DNA of 64,000 bases from contig JBHGNT010000013.1 in NCBI GenBank assembly GCA_043228905.1, forward strand, positions 1,612,001 to 1,676,000, given 5' to 3'. This document shows, piece by piece, positions 11,957 through 24,188 of this stretch. The DNA is from Azolla caroliniana. Lineage: Eukaryota; Plantae; Polypodiophyta. Position 1 is the stretch's first letter, and the number at the start of each line of letters is the position of its first letter. The notes beneath the pieces were generated by a model that was not told the DNA's origin, ran no database searches, and saw only the letters and a list, made by a program, of their open reading frames with translations. Both the position numbers and the translations under genes were made by a program.

Positions 11957-14900
11957 TGTTGGGATTTCGGTCCCTTTCGGATGGGATGGTCGGATATCGG
12001 AGATGAATGCCGACAAGCCCGGTTTCGGTTTCGGATCCGGATGACGAAGACCCCGGCTTCGGTGCCGGATGACGAATGTACCCGGAGAGCGATCCGGATG
12101 CAGGGACATATCCGTGAATATGTTCGCTACGAGCCCCCTGAGGCTATAGTTGTAAATAGCCCAAAGTCATATAAGTATAAATATGACTTAGGGCAAACAG
12201 TTTTTCTGTTGCTCATTATTTTTCTGTTTTTCCACTCAAGAGGAGTGAAGAGGGAGCAGCCGTGAGAGAGAGAGAGAGATAGAGCGCGAGAGAGGAAGAG
12301 GTAGACGCCTCTGTGTATTTCCGCCGCCTGTGGCGAGGACAGCGAGCTCAAGGTCGTTGCCTTGGAGCTCGTCATTGTATATTTCTCTGTGCATAGTTTG
12401 GTTCGGAGTCTCGCACTCCCGTGGTTTTTCCCGTATAGGGTTTTCCACGTTAATCCCTGTGTATCGCGTCTTTCTCTGTATTTCCTATTTTCTGCTACAT
12501 TGATCCGCGATTAATCGGTTGTGGCCGAGTGGTGAAGGTGAATAGAAGCGTCAATTCTCAACAAACTGGTATCAGAGCGACTGTTGCAGAAAATGGAAGG
12601 CGGCGGCAGCGGGCAGCCGATGATGATGGTGCTGAATGCACAGAATTACGCCGACTGGAAGATCAAGATGGAGGATCTTCTGATTGTTCGGGACCTGTAC
12701 GAACCGATTGACAGGTCGGAAATACCGAAGGGGGTACTTGAGTCGGAGTGGAAGCTCCTGAACCGGAAAGCCGTAGCGACGATCCGACAATATGTCGACG
12801 TAAGCGTCCTGCAACATGTGGCGAACGACACCAACGCATACGAGATGTGGAAGAAGCTGTCTGGCCTCTATGAGAGGAAGAATGCGTTGAACCGGACCTC
12901 CCTGATGAGGAAGATAGTGAACCTCAAGTACCGGGACGGCGAGAGTATGGTAGAACACGTAAGCACGTTCATGGGATTCGTGAATCAGCTTGCGGCGATC
13001 AAGTTCCCGTTGGAGGATGCAATGCAAGCCATCATCCTGATGTGTACATTGCCGGACAGCTGGGAGAACTTGGTGGTGACTCTCAGCACCTCCTGCACCG
13101 AAGATAACTTGTCCCTACAAACGGTAAAGACAAGTATTCTGAATGAAGAAGCGCGTCGGAGAGATAAGGAACCGGCCTCCGACCCGAAGATGCTGTTTAC
13201 CGAATCGGATCGGGGAAGACAATGGAACCGGAGTCCGCAAAGACGGGAGAAGTCGGGGACCCGGTCGCAGTCAAGAGGAAGGCCCACATGCTTCCACTGT
13301 GGGAAGCCGGGGCACTTCCGAAAGAATTGTCGGCATTACCGAAAAGACAACGGAGCCGACGACACCGACTCGAAGAAGTCACCGGAGAGAAACGGTGCAT
13401 ACCGGGGAGCCACGGACCGGAGAGGTTCGGATCGGCGAGGGCAAGACCGGAAAGGAACAACGGCACTCGCGGCAAGTGAGGAAGAAATCATGCTCATCAC
13501 CGAAGAAGGTGAGCTAAACGTTGCCGGCGATGAGACGACCTGGGTGGTCGATTCCGGAGCATCGTTCCACCTGACCCCGGAGAGAAGATACTTCTCATCC
13601 TACACAGCCGGCGAGCATGGCTGTGTTCGGATGGGAAATGAAGGTACGTGCCGGATTGCCGGCATAGGAGACGTGTGGTTGACAACCCCGACCGGATGCA
13701 AAATGCTGCTGAAAGATGTCCGACACGTTCCGGAGGTCCGATTGAACCTGATTTCGGCCGGGAGGCTAGATGATGAAGGCTACACGGGTAGCATCCGGAA
13801 CGGTGTCATGAAGTTCAGCAAGGGGAGCTTGATAGTGGTTCGGGCCCGGAAGGTCAACACACTGTACCTGATGAATGCCCGGTTATGTCCGGAAGAGCTG
13901 AATGTGGCAGCCGACACTGCCGGTGAGCTGTGGCACAAAAGACTGTGCCACATGAGTGAGAAGGGGATGAAGAGGCTTGCAGAAGACAACCTCATCCCAG
14001 TGAAGCACGTGCACCTGGAGAAGTGCACCGATTGCCTGGCCGGTAAGCAGAACCGAACCTCCTTCCACTCAAGGCCACCGACGAGACGTAGCGCACCATT
14101 GGAGTTGGTGCACACTGACGTGTGTCAGGTAGAGACGAAGTCACATGGCGGAGCCCAGTACTTCGTAACATTCATCGATGATCATAGCCGAAAACTGTGG
14201 ACGGCACCGATGAAGACAAAGGACCAAGTGTTGTCCGTCTTCAAAGAACTCCATGCGAGAGTGGAAAGAGAATCCGGCAAGAAGCTGAAAGCGATACGAG
14301 CGGATAACGGAGGGGAATACCGAGGGCAGTTCCAGGAGTACTGTCGCTCGAAGGGAATCCGACTCGAGTTTACTGTGCCGAAGACGCCGGAACTGAACGG
14401 GCTGGCCGAGAGGATGAACCGGACCATAATGGAGCGGGTCCGGAGTATGCTGGCGCATGCGAAATTACCCAAGGGGTTTTGGGCTGAGGCAATGTCGACG
14501 GCGACATACGTGATAAACAGATCACCCTCAGTACCTTTGGACGGAGACACGCCGCAGAAAGTGTGGACTGGTAAGGAAGTGTCCTACCGGCATCTGAAGG
14601 TGTTCGGGTGTCTCGCATACATGCATGTGGCAAAGGACCGGAGAGGAAAGCTAGATCCGAAGACCCGGCCATGCATATTCCTCGGTTACGGCGACGACGA
14701 GTTCGGCTACCGAGTATGGGACCCGGTCGACAAGAAGATATTCCGGAGTCGTGATATCATCTTCATGGAGAACAAGACGCTCGCCGACTGGGAGTCGGAG
14801 AAGAAGATGAAGAGCTCCAAGTCGACCGGTGAGGATCAACTCTACGAGGAGCAGTCCCGACCGGCAAGGGACCGGTTAGCACTCGAGGATCCGGCCGAAG

Positions 14901-17283
14901 ACAGTGAAGACACAGAACCGGCCGAAGAAGATGAAAATGATACCGGAACCGGCCCCGATCCCGAAATGGTCTCGTATGAAGAAGAATCGGAAGAACCGGT
15001 TACCGAAGCTCCGGAACGGAGATATCCTCTAAGAGAGAGAAGGGCCCCCCGGAGATTTCCGGAACCAGAGCACGTGCTGCTAACCGACGAGGGGGAGCCG
15101 GAGAGCTTTGAAGAAGCGAAGCATGACACCCAGAGCCGCAGGTGGTTGAGTGCCATGCAGGACGAGATGGATTCCCTGCATGAGAACCACACATATGAAC
15201 TTGTGGAGTTGCCGAAGGGAAAGCGGGCACTTCGAAACAAGTGGGTGTTCAAGCTGAAACCGGGAGATGCCGGAAACCCCCCGAGATACAAAGCCAGGAT
15301 CGTGGTGAAGGGGTTTCAGCAAAAGAAGGGCGTCGACTTCGACGAGATATTTGCCCCGGTAGTGAAGATGACCTCCATCCGGACGGTGCTGAGCATAGCG
15401 GCAAGCATGGACCTCGAGGTAGAACAGATGGACGTGAAGACGGCATTCCTTCACGGCGACCTCGATGAAGAGATCTACATGCAGCAACCGGAAGGATTCG
15501 AGAAGGAAGGGAAGGAGCACCTGGTATGCCGGTTGAAGAAGAGCCTTTACGGACTGAAGCAGGCTCCCCGGCAATGGTACCGGAAGTTCGACTCCTTCAT
15601 GACCGACGAAGGGTACCTCAAAACGCAGTCCGACCACTGCGTGTTTGTGAAGAAGTTTGAAGGAGGAGACTTCCTAATACTCCTCCTGTACGTGGACGAC
15701 ATGTTGATCGTCGGACGGGACCAGGTCAAGATACGGATGCTGAAGAAGGCTCTTCACCGAACCTTCTCAATGAAGGACCTGGGTCCGGCGAGGCAAATAC
15801 TAGGGATGCACATCATCCGGGACCGGAAGAAGAAGCAGTTGTGGCTGTCACAGGAGAAGTACGTGACAAAGGTGCTTCAACGGTTCAACATGTCGGAAGC
15901 AAGACCGGTCGGATCGACCCTCCCGGCAAACTGCAAGCTGACCAGCAAGCAAAGTCCCAAGACAAAGGCTGAAAAGGAGGATATGATGAAAGTGCCGTAT
16001 GCCTCAGCAGTCGGGAGCTTGATGTACGCCATGGTGTGTACGAGACCGGACATCGGATATGCAGTCGGAGTGGTGAGCCGGTACATGAGCAATCCCGGCA
16101 AAGAGCATTGGAACGCGGCCAAGTGGATACTCCGATACCTGAAGGGCACGGCAAACGTGTGCCTCCGATTCAGCTCCGGTAAGCCCGAACTCGACGGCTT
16201 CACCGATTCGGATATGTCGGCTGATGCAGATACCAGCCGGTCCACATCAGGGTATGTGATGACGTATGCAGGGGGAGCTGTTTCGTGGCAGTCGAGGCTG
16301 CAGAAGACGGTTGCGTTGTCAACCACGGAGGCGGAGTACATGGCGGCTGTTGAAGCCGGCAAGGAAATAATATGGATGAAGGACTTCATTAGAGAGCTCG
16401 GTATCCGGCAAGAGGAGTACCGACTCTACTGCGACAGTCAGAGTGCCATCCACCTTGCGAAGAACGCAGCCTATCACTCCCGGACGAAGCACATCCAGCG
16501 AAGATATCACTGGATCCGGGAAAGGATAGAAGACAAGGAGTTCGTGCTGACGAAGATCCACACCGACGAGAACGGGTCGGATATGCTGACCAAGGTGCTC
16601 ACACCCGACAAGCTGGAAGCATGCCGGAAGAGGATCGGATTGGAAAGACATCCCATGCCGAAGTGAAGGGGGAGTTTGTTGGGATTTCGGTCCCTTTCGG
16701 ATGGGATGGTCGGATATCGGAGATGAATGCCGACAAGCCCGGTTTCGGTTTCGGATCCGGATGACGAAGACCCCGGCTTCGGTGCCGGATGACGAATGTA
16801 CCCGGAGAGCGATCCGGATGCAGGGACATATCCGTGAATATGTTCGCTACGAGCCCCCTGAGGCTATAGTTGTAAATAGCCCAAAGTCATATAAGTATAA
16901 ATATGACTTAGGGCAAACAGTTTTTCTGTTGCTCATTATTTTTCTGTTTTTCCACTCAAGAGGAGTGAAGAGGGAGCAGCCGTGAGAGAGAGAGAGAGAT
17001 AGAGCGCGAGAGAGGAAGAGGTAGACGCCTCTGTGTATTTCCGCCGCCTGTGGCGAGGACAGCGAGCTCAAGGTCGTTGCCTTGGAGCTCGTCATTGTAT
17101 ATTTCTCTGTGCATAGTTTGGTTCGGAGTCTCGCACTCCCGTGGTTTTTCCCGTATAGGGTTTTCCACGTTAATCCCTGTGTATCGCGTCTTTCTCTGTA
17201 TTTCCTATTTTCTGCTACATTGATCCGCGATTAATCGGTTGTGGCCGAGTGGTGAAGGTGAATAGAAGCGTCAATTCTCAACA
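11957..17283 (+). mobile_element. Intact Ty1/Copia element D1 (Tnt1/Tork-like)
   Basis: 607-bp LTRs 11957-12563 and 16677-17283 look identical; TSD CCTCC; PBS TGGTATCAGAGC at 12567; PPT GAAGGGGGAG; single long ORF. Confidence 0.97.
12593..16666 (+). CDS. Copia Gag-Pol polyprotein (gag, CCHC, PR, INT, RT, RNase H)
   Basis: CFHCGKPGHFRKNC, WVVDSGAS, LWHKRLCH, VHTD..DNGGEY..NGLAERMN, QMDVKTAFLHG, LYVDDML, FTDSD..TEAEY..CDSQSA. First ATG at 12593. Confidence 0.97.
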   Translation: MEGGGSGQPMMMVLNAQNYADWKIKMEDLLIVRDLYEPIDRSEIPKGVLESEWKLLNRKAVATIRQYVDVSVLQHVANDTNAYEMWKKLSGLYERKNALNRTSLMRKIVNLKYRDGESMVEHVSTFMGFVNQLAAIKFPLEDAMQAIILMCTLPDSWENLVVTLSTSCTEDNLSLQTVKTSILNEEARRRDKEPASDPKMLFTESDRGRQWNRSPQRREKSGTRSQSRGRPTCFHCGKPGHFRKNCRHYRKDNGADDTDSKKSPERNGAYRGATDRRGSDRRGQDRKGTTALAASEEEIMLITEEGELNVAGDETTWVVDSGASFHLTPERRYFSSYTAGEHGCVRMGNEGTCRIAGIGDVWLTTPTGCKMLLKDVRHVPEVRLNLISAGRLDDEGYTGSIRNGVMKFSKGSLIVVRARKVNTLYLMNARLCPEELNVAADTAGELWHKRLCHMSEKGMKRLAEDNLIPVKHVHLEKCTDCLAGKQNRTSFHSRPPTRRSAPLELVHTDVCQVETKSHGGAQYFVTFIDDHSRKLWTAPMKTKDQVLSVFKELHARVERESGKKLKAIRADNGGEYRGQFQEYCRSKGIRLEFTVPKTPELNGLAERMNRTIMERVRSMLAHAKLPKGFWAEAMSTATYVINRSPSVPLDGDTPQKVWTGKEVSYRHLKVFGCLAYMHVAKDRRGKLDPKTRPCIFLGYGDDEFGYRVWDPVDKKIFRSRDIIFMENKTLADWESEKKMKSSKSTGEDQLYEEQSRPARDRLALEDPAEDSEDTEPAEEDENDTGTGPDPEMVSYEEESEEPVTEAPERRYPLRERRAPRRFPEPEHVLLTDEGEPESFEEAKHDTQSRRWLSAMQDEMDSLHENHTYELVELPKGKRALRNKWVFKLKPGDAGNPPRYKARIVVKGFQQKKGVDFDEIFAPVVKMTSIRTVLSIAASMDLEVEQMDVKTAFLHGDLDEEIYMQQPEGFEKEGKEHLVCRLKKSLYGLKQAPRQWYRKFDSFMTDEGYLKTQSDHCVFVKKFEGGDFLILLLYVDDMLIVGRDQVKIRMLKKALHRTFSMKDLGPARQILGMHIIRDRKKKQLWLSQEKYVTKVLQRFNMSEARPVGSTLPANCKLTSKQSPKTKAEKEDMMKVPYASAVGSLMYAMVCTRPDIGYAVGVVSRYMSNPGKEHWNAAKWILRYLKGTANVCLRFSSGKPELDGFTDSDMSADADTSRSTSGYVMTYAGGAVSWQSRLQKTVALSTTEAEYMAAVEAGKEIIWMKDFIRELGIRQEEYRLYCDSQSAIHLAKNAAYHSRTKHIQRRYHWIRERIEDKEFVLTKIHTDENGSDMLTKVLTPDKLEACRKRIGLERHPMPK

Positions 17284-18814
17284 CCTCCTTCGGCCATGAA
17301 CTATCCACCGTCATTGAGCTTAAGAACTTGCCAATGTGTAGCCATGCCCCTTCGTATTCACTTTCATTGAAGGCATGGAGTACTCATACATCTCCATCAT
17401 CTATAGACGCTTGGGCCGTCTTAAAAAAGTCAAGAGTGACATCCTCATCTTCAGACACCATGTCGCTTTCGCACTCGAATCTTGCTCTCGATAGCATATC
17501 TGCCATGGCATTGTTCTTCCCTGAAATGTGGTGAATCTCCGGGTTCATTGATTTTATGTAATCAATCCATCTTAGCATAGCTAGGTCAGGTGTTGCACAT
17601 CCTGAAACCATCCCTAGGATTGGAAGGCAATCTGTCTCTATTACCACCTCTGACCCGATTAGGTAATCTTTATCTGCCTTCACTGCGGACACAATAGCCT
17701 AAAGCTCATGTTTTACTTGGACGTATCCTTGTTGCCGCTCGCTTAAGACCTTGGCTCTGAACCGGATGGCGTAGCGTGTACCATCCTCTCCTTCTTGGTT
17801 GATGACCTATCCGATCCCTGTTGGATTCGTATCTACCATCACGTAGATGGGCACCCCTTCCTTGTATACGACTTTTCGTAAAGCTAGTGCTACTACCAAC
17901 ATTCCTTTGAGCATCTTCATTGCCTCTGTGTGCTCTTCCTCCCACTTGAACTTCCTCCCCTTCTTGAGTAGCCCATACAAGGGCTTGGATAGGTGAGTGT
18001 AGTGTGGGATCCAGATGTGGTAGAATGCACAGGCACCAAGAAATCGCCTCACCTCTGTTTGCGATTTACATTCTTCCCTCATGTCTGTGATGGTGTCCAC
18101 CTTTGTCGGGGATGGCTTTTGTCCGTACACCCCACACAAGTGTCCCACCACAACAATCTCCATTTGGCCGAAGGCCGATTTCTCACCCGAGAAGGTCAAG
18201 TGTGCATCTTCGAGTCTTTGTAGAACCTTCTCGCAATTGGAGATGTGATATGGCACAAAACGTCTACACCCGCACCCATCCTCGTCCAAGGTTTCATCTT
18301 TCTCTGCTTTAGAGCACCCTTTTATGGGGATGCCCTCGAGGAATGGCATGGTGATGTCGGGGATGCAATCTCTCAATACCTTGTTCATTGCATTTGCCAT
18401 GTGGGCTATAGAGTTAGTGCCTCCTTGTGGCAAGGTACACATTCGCACTAGGCCGATAGGGGTCCGCATCGTTGTGATGTCCCTACTCTCCACAACTAGT
18501 TGGAATTGATCATACCCCGAGTATAGATCACCGATCGAATAAATAGACCTTCCAGCGAAGGCCTCGGCGAATTCGTCAACACTCGGCCCGGCCCCTGCAT
18601 TTCGAATTGTCACTTGATTAACAGGTTGTAGGTCCTGGATGAAGTGTAAGGTGCCGTTCTTCTTTGGCACAGTGAACCACCGATTCGAGTATGGGGCGCT
18701 TGATGGCTTGAGGATACCCATCTTGATCTTTTCCTTGAGTATCTCAATCAACTTCGGGATGTGAGCTCTTGGAATCGGGATTGGTTTGATGTTCCATGAT
18801 ACATGCAGCACCAT

Positions 18815-21800
18815 TGTCGCATTGTTACGCGCATGCGTGGAGGAGGCGGGACCACGGAGGTCTTGGACTAGGGAGTGATGGAGCGTAGGAGGTCGTGCTT
18901 CACCGTTTCTGGGGCATCCCAGAAACACACCGGAAGCAACCGAAGGGAGAGAGAGAGAGAGAGCGTGCTTAACACCAACTCACGCACACACCCGCACACA
19001 CACGCACACACAGCCCAACCCGGCTCACGCCTTATGTACAGAAAACGCAGGAAAAGGGGAAGCACCCGACACCAACAAAGACGCGAATATACGTAGACAG
19101 ACGCAAATGTATATATATATAAAGAAGAATACATTCCCGGCTTCGAGCCGGACTGAGGTAGGTTACAGTAGTCGTTTGCTGCCAAGCCGCCGTCGGGGAG
19201 CTCTCAGCTCGTCGCGCCGAGCGGGGTCTTGCACAGGAGGCCGAACCAAAGCAAACCCTAAGCAAACACGAAGGGGGAGAAGAAGGAGAAGAAGAAACCT
19301 AACTCTAAACCTAACGGTATACCCTCTAATGCAAAATGGGCAACCCTTTCACAAAGGGTGCTCCCTTCCTTTTATAGAACAAGGAGAGGGATGCGTTACA
19401 ATGTGGGACAAATCTCGACTTACATGGGATCGTCTGTCCCGACTTGACTACTCTTCGGCGCCATAAAGGCGCCCTCGATATTCACACTAAATGTACACGG
19501 GTGCGTACACACGCTGCACCCCGCCGATGTAGCCAATGTTTCCCGATTTCCGCCTCTGGCCGAAATTCTTCACGACATCCGCCCCCACCTAACTGCACGT
19601 CCACCGGTACGTGCCAAATCTGGTTGAAGGGTGAGAGATTTCGGCCGGCGAGAAACCGGTCTTCCGTGATCCGCATCCCGGCTCGCTGCCGGTTTGATCC
19701 GTCGGCTTCGATTCTTCCTTCGCGCTTACCTCCCCGTAGGCTCGTTCGACCCGTCGATGGGTCCTCTGCCGCGATCTCCGTAGTACGCGTACTTCCGTTG
19801 GCCCTTGTTCGGCCGTATGAATGCCTTGCTTCCCGCCATATGCCCGATATCCTCCGCTTGAGGCATGCCCATAGCGGTCCGCTCGGCCCTTCCCGTCTTC
19901 GTGCTGCCGCGACAGGTCCCGAGTCTTCCTTTTTCCGTCGTCCCCTCGCCCCCACCAGCTTGTCATCCCGGCTTGCCGTGTCAGTCTTCGTTACTTCGAC
20001 AGAGCTACCGAGATCTTCGAAGCGAGCGTGGAGGATCCTCCTCCGGACTCTCTTGCCATCCCCTGACTCCGACCCCGTGCAGTCCGCTAGGCACTTGTCA
20101 CCTCGTTCCTGGAACCTCTCTTGTGCCGTCTTTCACTTCCTTCGTTCGGTACCGCCCGTGCCGAACGCCGTCCCGTAGTCACGCTTTGATCCGGCCCGCG
20201 ATGGCCACTTGCGAGACTCTTGTTCTGTCCCAGGTGTGTCTTTTCGGCCTGACACACCTCCCCGTGTTTGCCCTTACCGGCTCCTTCCAAAACCTCGTGT
20301 CGTCGGGTCCCGTTCCCGGCCGCCACCAACCTTCTCTCTCGGTCTCACGTTGCCACGCTGGCCGAACTGCCGGAGTCTCCGGATCGGTGTGAGGGTCCCA
20401 TAGGACCGGACTCCGTTTCTATGCTTGCCGTAAATCGGGTGACCTTTGTTTGAGTCCCTCCCGGACTCTCCTCGTTTCTTCCGCGTAGTCGGGTCCCGTT
20501 TCCCGCCGCCACCTTCCTTCTCCCTCGGTCTTACGTTGCCACGTTGGCCGAACAGCCGGGGTCTCCGGAACCGGTGTGGGGATCCCGTAGGACCGGACTT
20601 CCTTACGCCCACTGACCTTGCCGGAAGGTTCGATTTGGTTCGTGGCCACCTTGCCGGCCTGATGCCTCCATGCCGTAGCCCTTGCCTTCGTCACCTCGCC
20701 GCCACCGTCAGTATCTTGGTCTTACGTCGACCGCGTTGCCGACTGCCGAAGTCTCTAGAACCTGTGTGAAGGATCCTCCGTAGACCGCCGATTTGTAGCC
20801 CTTGCCTTAGTCACCTCGCCGCCACCGTCAGTATCTTGGTCTTACGTCGACCGCGTTGTCGACTACCGAAGTCTCTAGAACCGGTGTGAAGGATCCTCCG
20901 TAAACCGCCCGATTTGTCTTCCTGACCCTGTCCCGGGTCGTCCTTTTCCGCATGCCGAGAGGGCGGTTTACTCCGCACCCTCTCCCGTGGTACCGACGTA
21001 CCGTGTCCTCGGCCTTTTCGTAGGCCTGCTCTCTTCCTCCCTCCCGGAATGGTCATCCCGGAGTCCGCTCCGCTCGGTTCTCGTCCGGGTCCGTTCGTCC
21101 TTCTCCGGATTGCCGAGTCCCGTTCTCCTGTCGCCACCGATCTCTCTTATAGGACTCACGCCGGCACTCAGGCTGGCAGCCGGATCGGTGTAAGGAACTT
21201 CATAGGACCGGCTTTCATTCTCCTTCCAACTCTCGACCTTCGCCCGGTCGGTCTGTCTCCCCATGTAAAAGAGGGCGGCTCGTCCCGCACCCTCTTCCGT
21301 TTCGACACTTTCATGCCGAATCCGGCGCCGATCGAACAATCCACGACTGGATCACGCTCCACCCTTATCGGAATGCTGATTTTCCCGTGCCGCGTCCGTC
21401 CTCGGCTTCCTCACTGGCCGTTTCCCATCCGTCTTCGCTGGCATCGTGCCAGGACTCCTCGGTACCGCCATCCATCTCCTCGGTCTTACATGGGCATACG
21501 GGCCTGAATGCCGAGTCCTCCGGAATCGGGTCCGTGGGCTTTCGTCCGCTCCTTCCCCGCATCGTCTCGCTGGTGATTCTTGGCCTTTCACCGCCGCCTT
21601 CCTCCGCTTGGGACTCACGTGGGCACTTGGGCCCAACGGCCATCGTCTCGGGAGCAAGTGTGGGAAGATACAAAGAATCGCCCGTCCGTAGCCACCGACT
21701 CCTCGTGGTCGGCGGTCGTCTTCTTACCAATCGCGCAAGCCCCGCCTGGGCTTGTTTCTCCGATTCCCGGGGTTTCGGGCTGACACGCCCGAAACCGCTG

Positions 21801-23623
21801 GTCCCAATTATCCGGTTCCGCAATCTGTATCTCGGCCTCATCCATGGCCGTTCTATCTCCGCAAGTCGAGAGGGCATTTTGTTCCGCACCCTCTCCCGTG
21901 GTATCGTCGTACCGATCTTCTGCCGTCGCATGGGGCAAGTCCGTCTCCTTAGTCTCGGCTTGCGGCCTCCGTCTTTCCTCTTCCTCGAGCATCGCCTCGA
22001 GAGCTGCGTACGCCTCCGCAATCCTGGCCCCAACGCCGACCCTTGCCGACTCTCTCTGCCGTTCGGCCTCTTCCCGCTGTGATGGCACGCCGTCGCGTCC
22101 CTTCCTCTTAGCCTTCTCGGCTCGCTCTTTGTCTAGCCGTTGGCACACCCTTCCGACCTTCGACCAGTCCTCCGTAAGCCCATTCGCTCCATCATCGTCT
22201 TCGAGCTCAATCCCGATGGCCTCCCGTTCCGCTCGGTCGATCGACCTAACGAACAATAGGACCTTCGACCTTCGACCAGTCCTCCGTAAGCCCATTCGCT
22301 CCATCATCGTCTTCGAGCTCAATCCCGATGGCCTCCCGTTCCGCTCGGTCGATCGACCTAACGAACAATAGGACCTTGTCCACCCCCACCAAACCTTGTT
22401 CCCGCTCTGGGAGCCGAGCAAGCCGTCGCTTGAACTCTCGGAATGTCTTCGTCGCGCCCCGATGGGTCTTTGCCGATGCTACCCACTGGTCGAAGTCGTG
22501 CCGTCCCCGGCTCTTCCGCCGTCCTCCGTATGGCCTCCCACGAACTATGAGCCTCATGGAGCTCCTTTACTTTCGCATGCATCCGGACAGCTACGACCCG
22601 ATAGAAGAACTCTAGCCTCAACGCCTCGTCTACGCCACGCTCCTCCATTTCCGCGTTGTAGGCTTCCAAGTAAGATGGGACTTTGTCCCTGTTGAAACGA
22701 CCGACTCTTTCGACCACTCGCTCAACCGCTTGTTGCGCTGCTTCTCGCCTCATCACCACTCGTGCCGACTCCAACACCACTTCGGCCACCATCTCCGCAA
22801 GGTCGTCGTCTTCCGACTCCATCCTCCCTTGCCGCCTTTCACATCGGGTTCACCAAATATGTCGCGTTGTTACGCGCGTGCGTGGAGAAAGGCGGGACCA
22901 CGGGGGTCTTGGACTAGGGAGTGATGGAGCGTAGGAGGTCGTGCTTCACCGTTTCTGGGGCATCCCAGAAACATACCGGAAGCAACCGAAGGGAGAGAGA
23001 GAGAGAGAGCGTGCTTAACACCGACTCACGCACACACACGCACACACACCCACACACAGCCCAACCCGGCTCACGCCTTATGTACAGAAAACGCAGGAAA
23101 AGGGGAAGCACCCGACACCAACAGAGACGCGAATATACGTAGACAGACGCAAATGTATACATATATAAAGAAGAATACATTCCCGGCTTCGAGCCGGACT
23201 GAGGTAGGTTACAATAGTCATCTACTGCCAAGCCGCCGTCGGGGAGCTCTCAGCTCGTCGCGCCGAGCGGGGTCTTGAACAGGAGGCCGAACCAAAGCAA
23301 ACCCTAAGCAAACACGAAGGGGGAGAAGAAGGAGAAGAAGAAACCTAACTCTAAACCTAACGGTATACCCTCTAATGCAAAATGGGCAACCCTTTCACAA
23401 AGGGCGCTCCCTTCCTTTTATAGAACAAGGAGAGGGATGCGTTACAATGTGGGACAAATCCCGACTTACATGGGATCGTCTGTCCCGACTTGACTACTCT
23501 TCGGCGCCATAAAGGCGCCCTCGATATTCACACTAAATGTACACGGGTGCGTACACACGCTGCACCCCACTGATGTAGCCAATGTTTCCCGATTTCCGCC
23601 TCTGGCCGAAATTCTTCACGACA
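18815..23623 (-). mobile_element. Non-autonomous gag-only Gypsy element E
   Basis: LTRs 18815-19577 and 22860-23623 nearly identical; TSD CCAT/CCGT; Trp PBS 22838-22855; PPT 19578-19589; gag-like start 22822; no PR, RT or INT motifs. Confidence 0.92.
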
Positions 23624-24188
23624 CCGTAAAGATCACCATTGGCTCCACGATCTTAGGGTTTACGCACCCTATCTCACCCAACGAGAAGGCGAAAGCCCTT
23701 CCGTGGCTTTCGATCATCCTTCTAAATCTTTCCTCCTCCCTAGACAATAGGAAGCCACCACCACCAATCCGGAGCTTCTATCGCATCTCGTCGATGACCC
23801 GGTGCCCTATGCCTCGTGGGTCCCGCACGCTAGGATCAACCGCTACCCATCCGATCCCAACTATCGTTAGGCAATGGGGCAGCCACAAGCTTCACCTTCT
23901 TGTCCACGGTCTTGTACTTTGTTTGCACCTTGACCGTCCTTGCTTCCTCAATCAACCATCCAAGCTCTTCGATGGCGATGTACATGTCAACTGAGTTGAT
24001 TGGAATTACCTTGTCTTCATTGAGGCCCGAAACAACTATCCTCTCCATCTCTCTAAGAGTGTCGTCGAATGAGACCACCTCCATGGCGCCGCTTATGGTG
24101 TCATCTTCCCCCAATAAATTACATTATTTGAGATACCTTTTGTATCTCTAGTCTCTAGGCTTATCTCTATCACTTAAACTAGTAATTT

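Noticed and set aside
19444-22421. Many overlapping 100-270 aa ORFs on both strands in E (and antisense ORFs over D1, D2 and I)
   Set aside because: Expected in GC-rich, repetitive or antisense-to-coding DNA; no recognisable domains.
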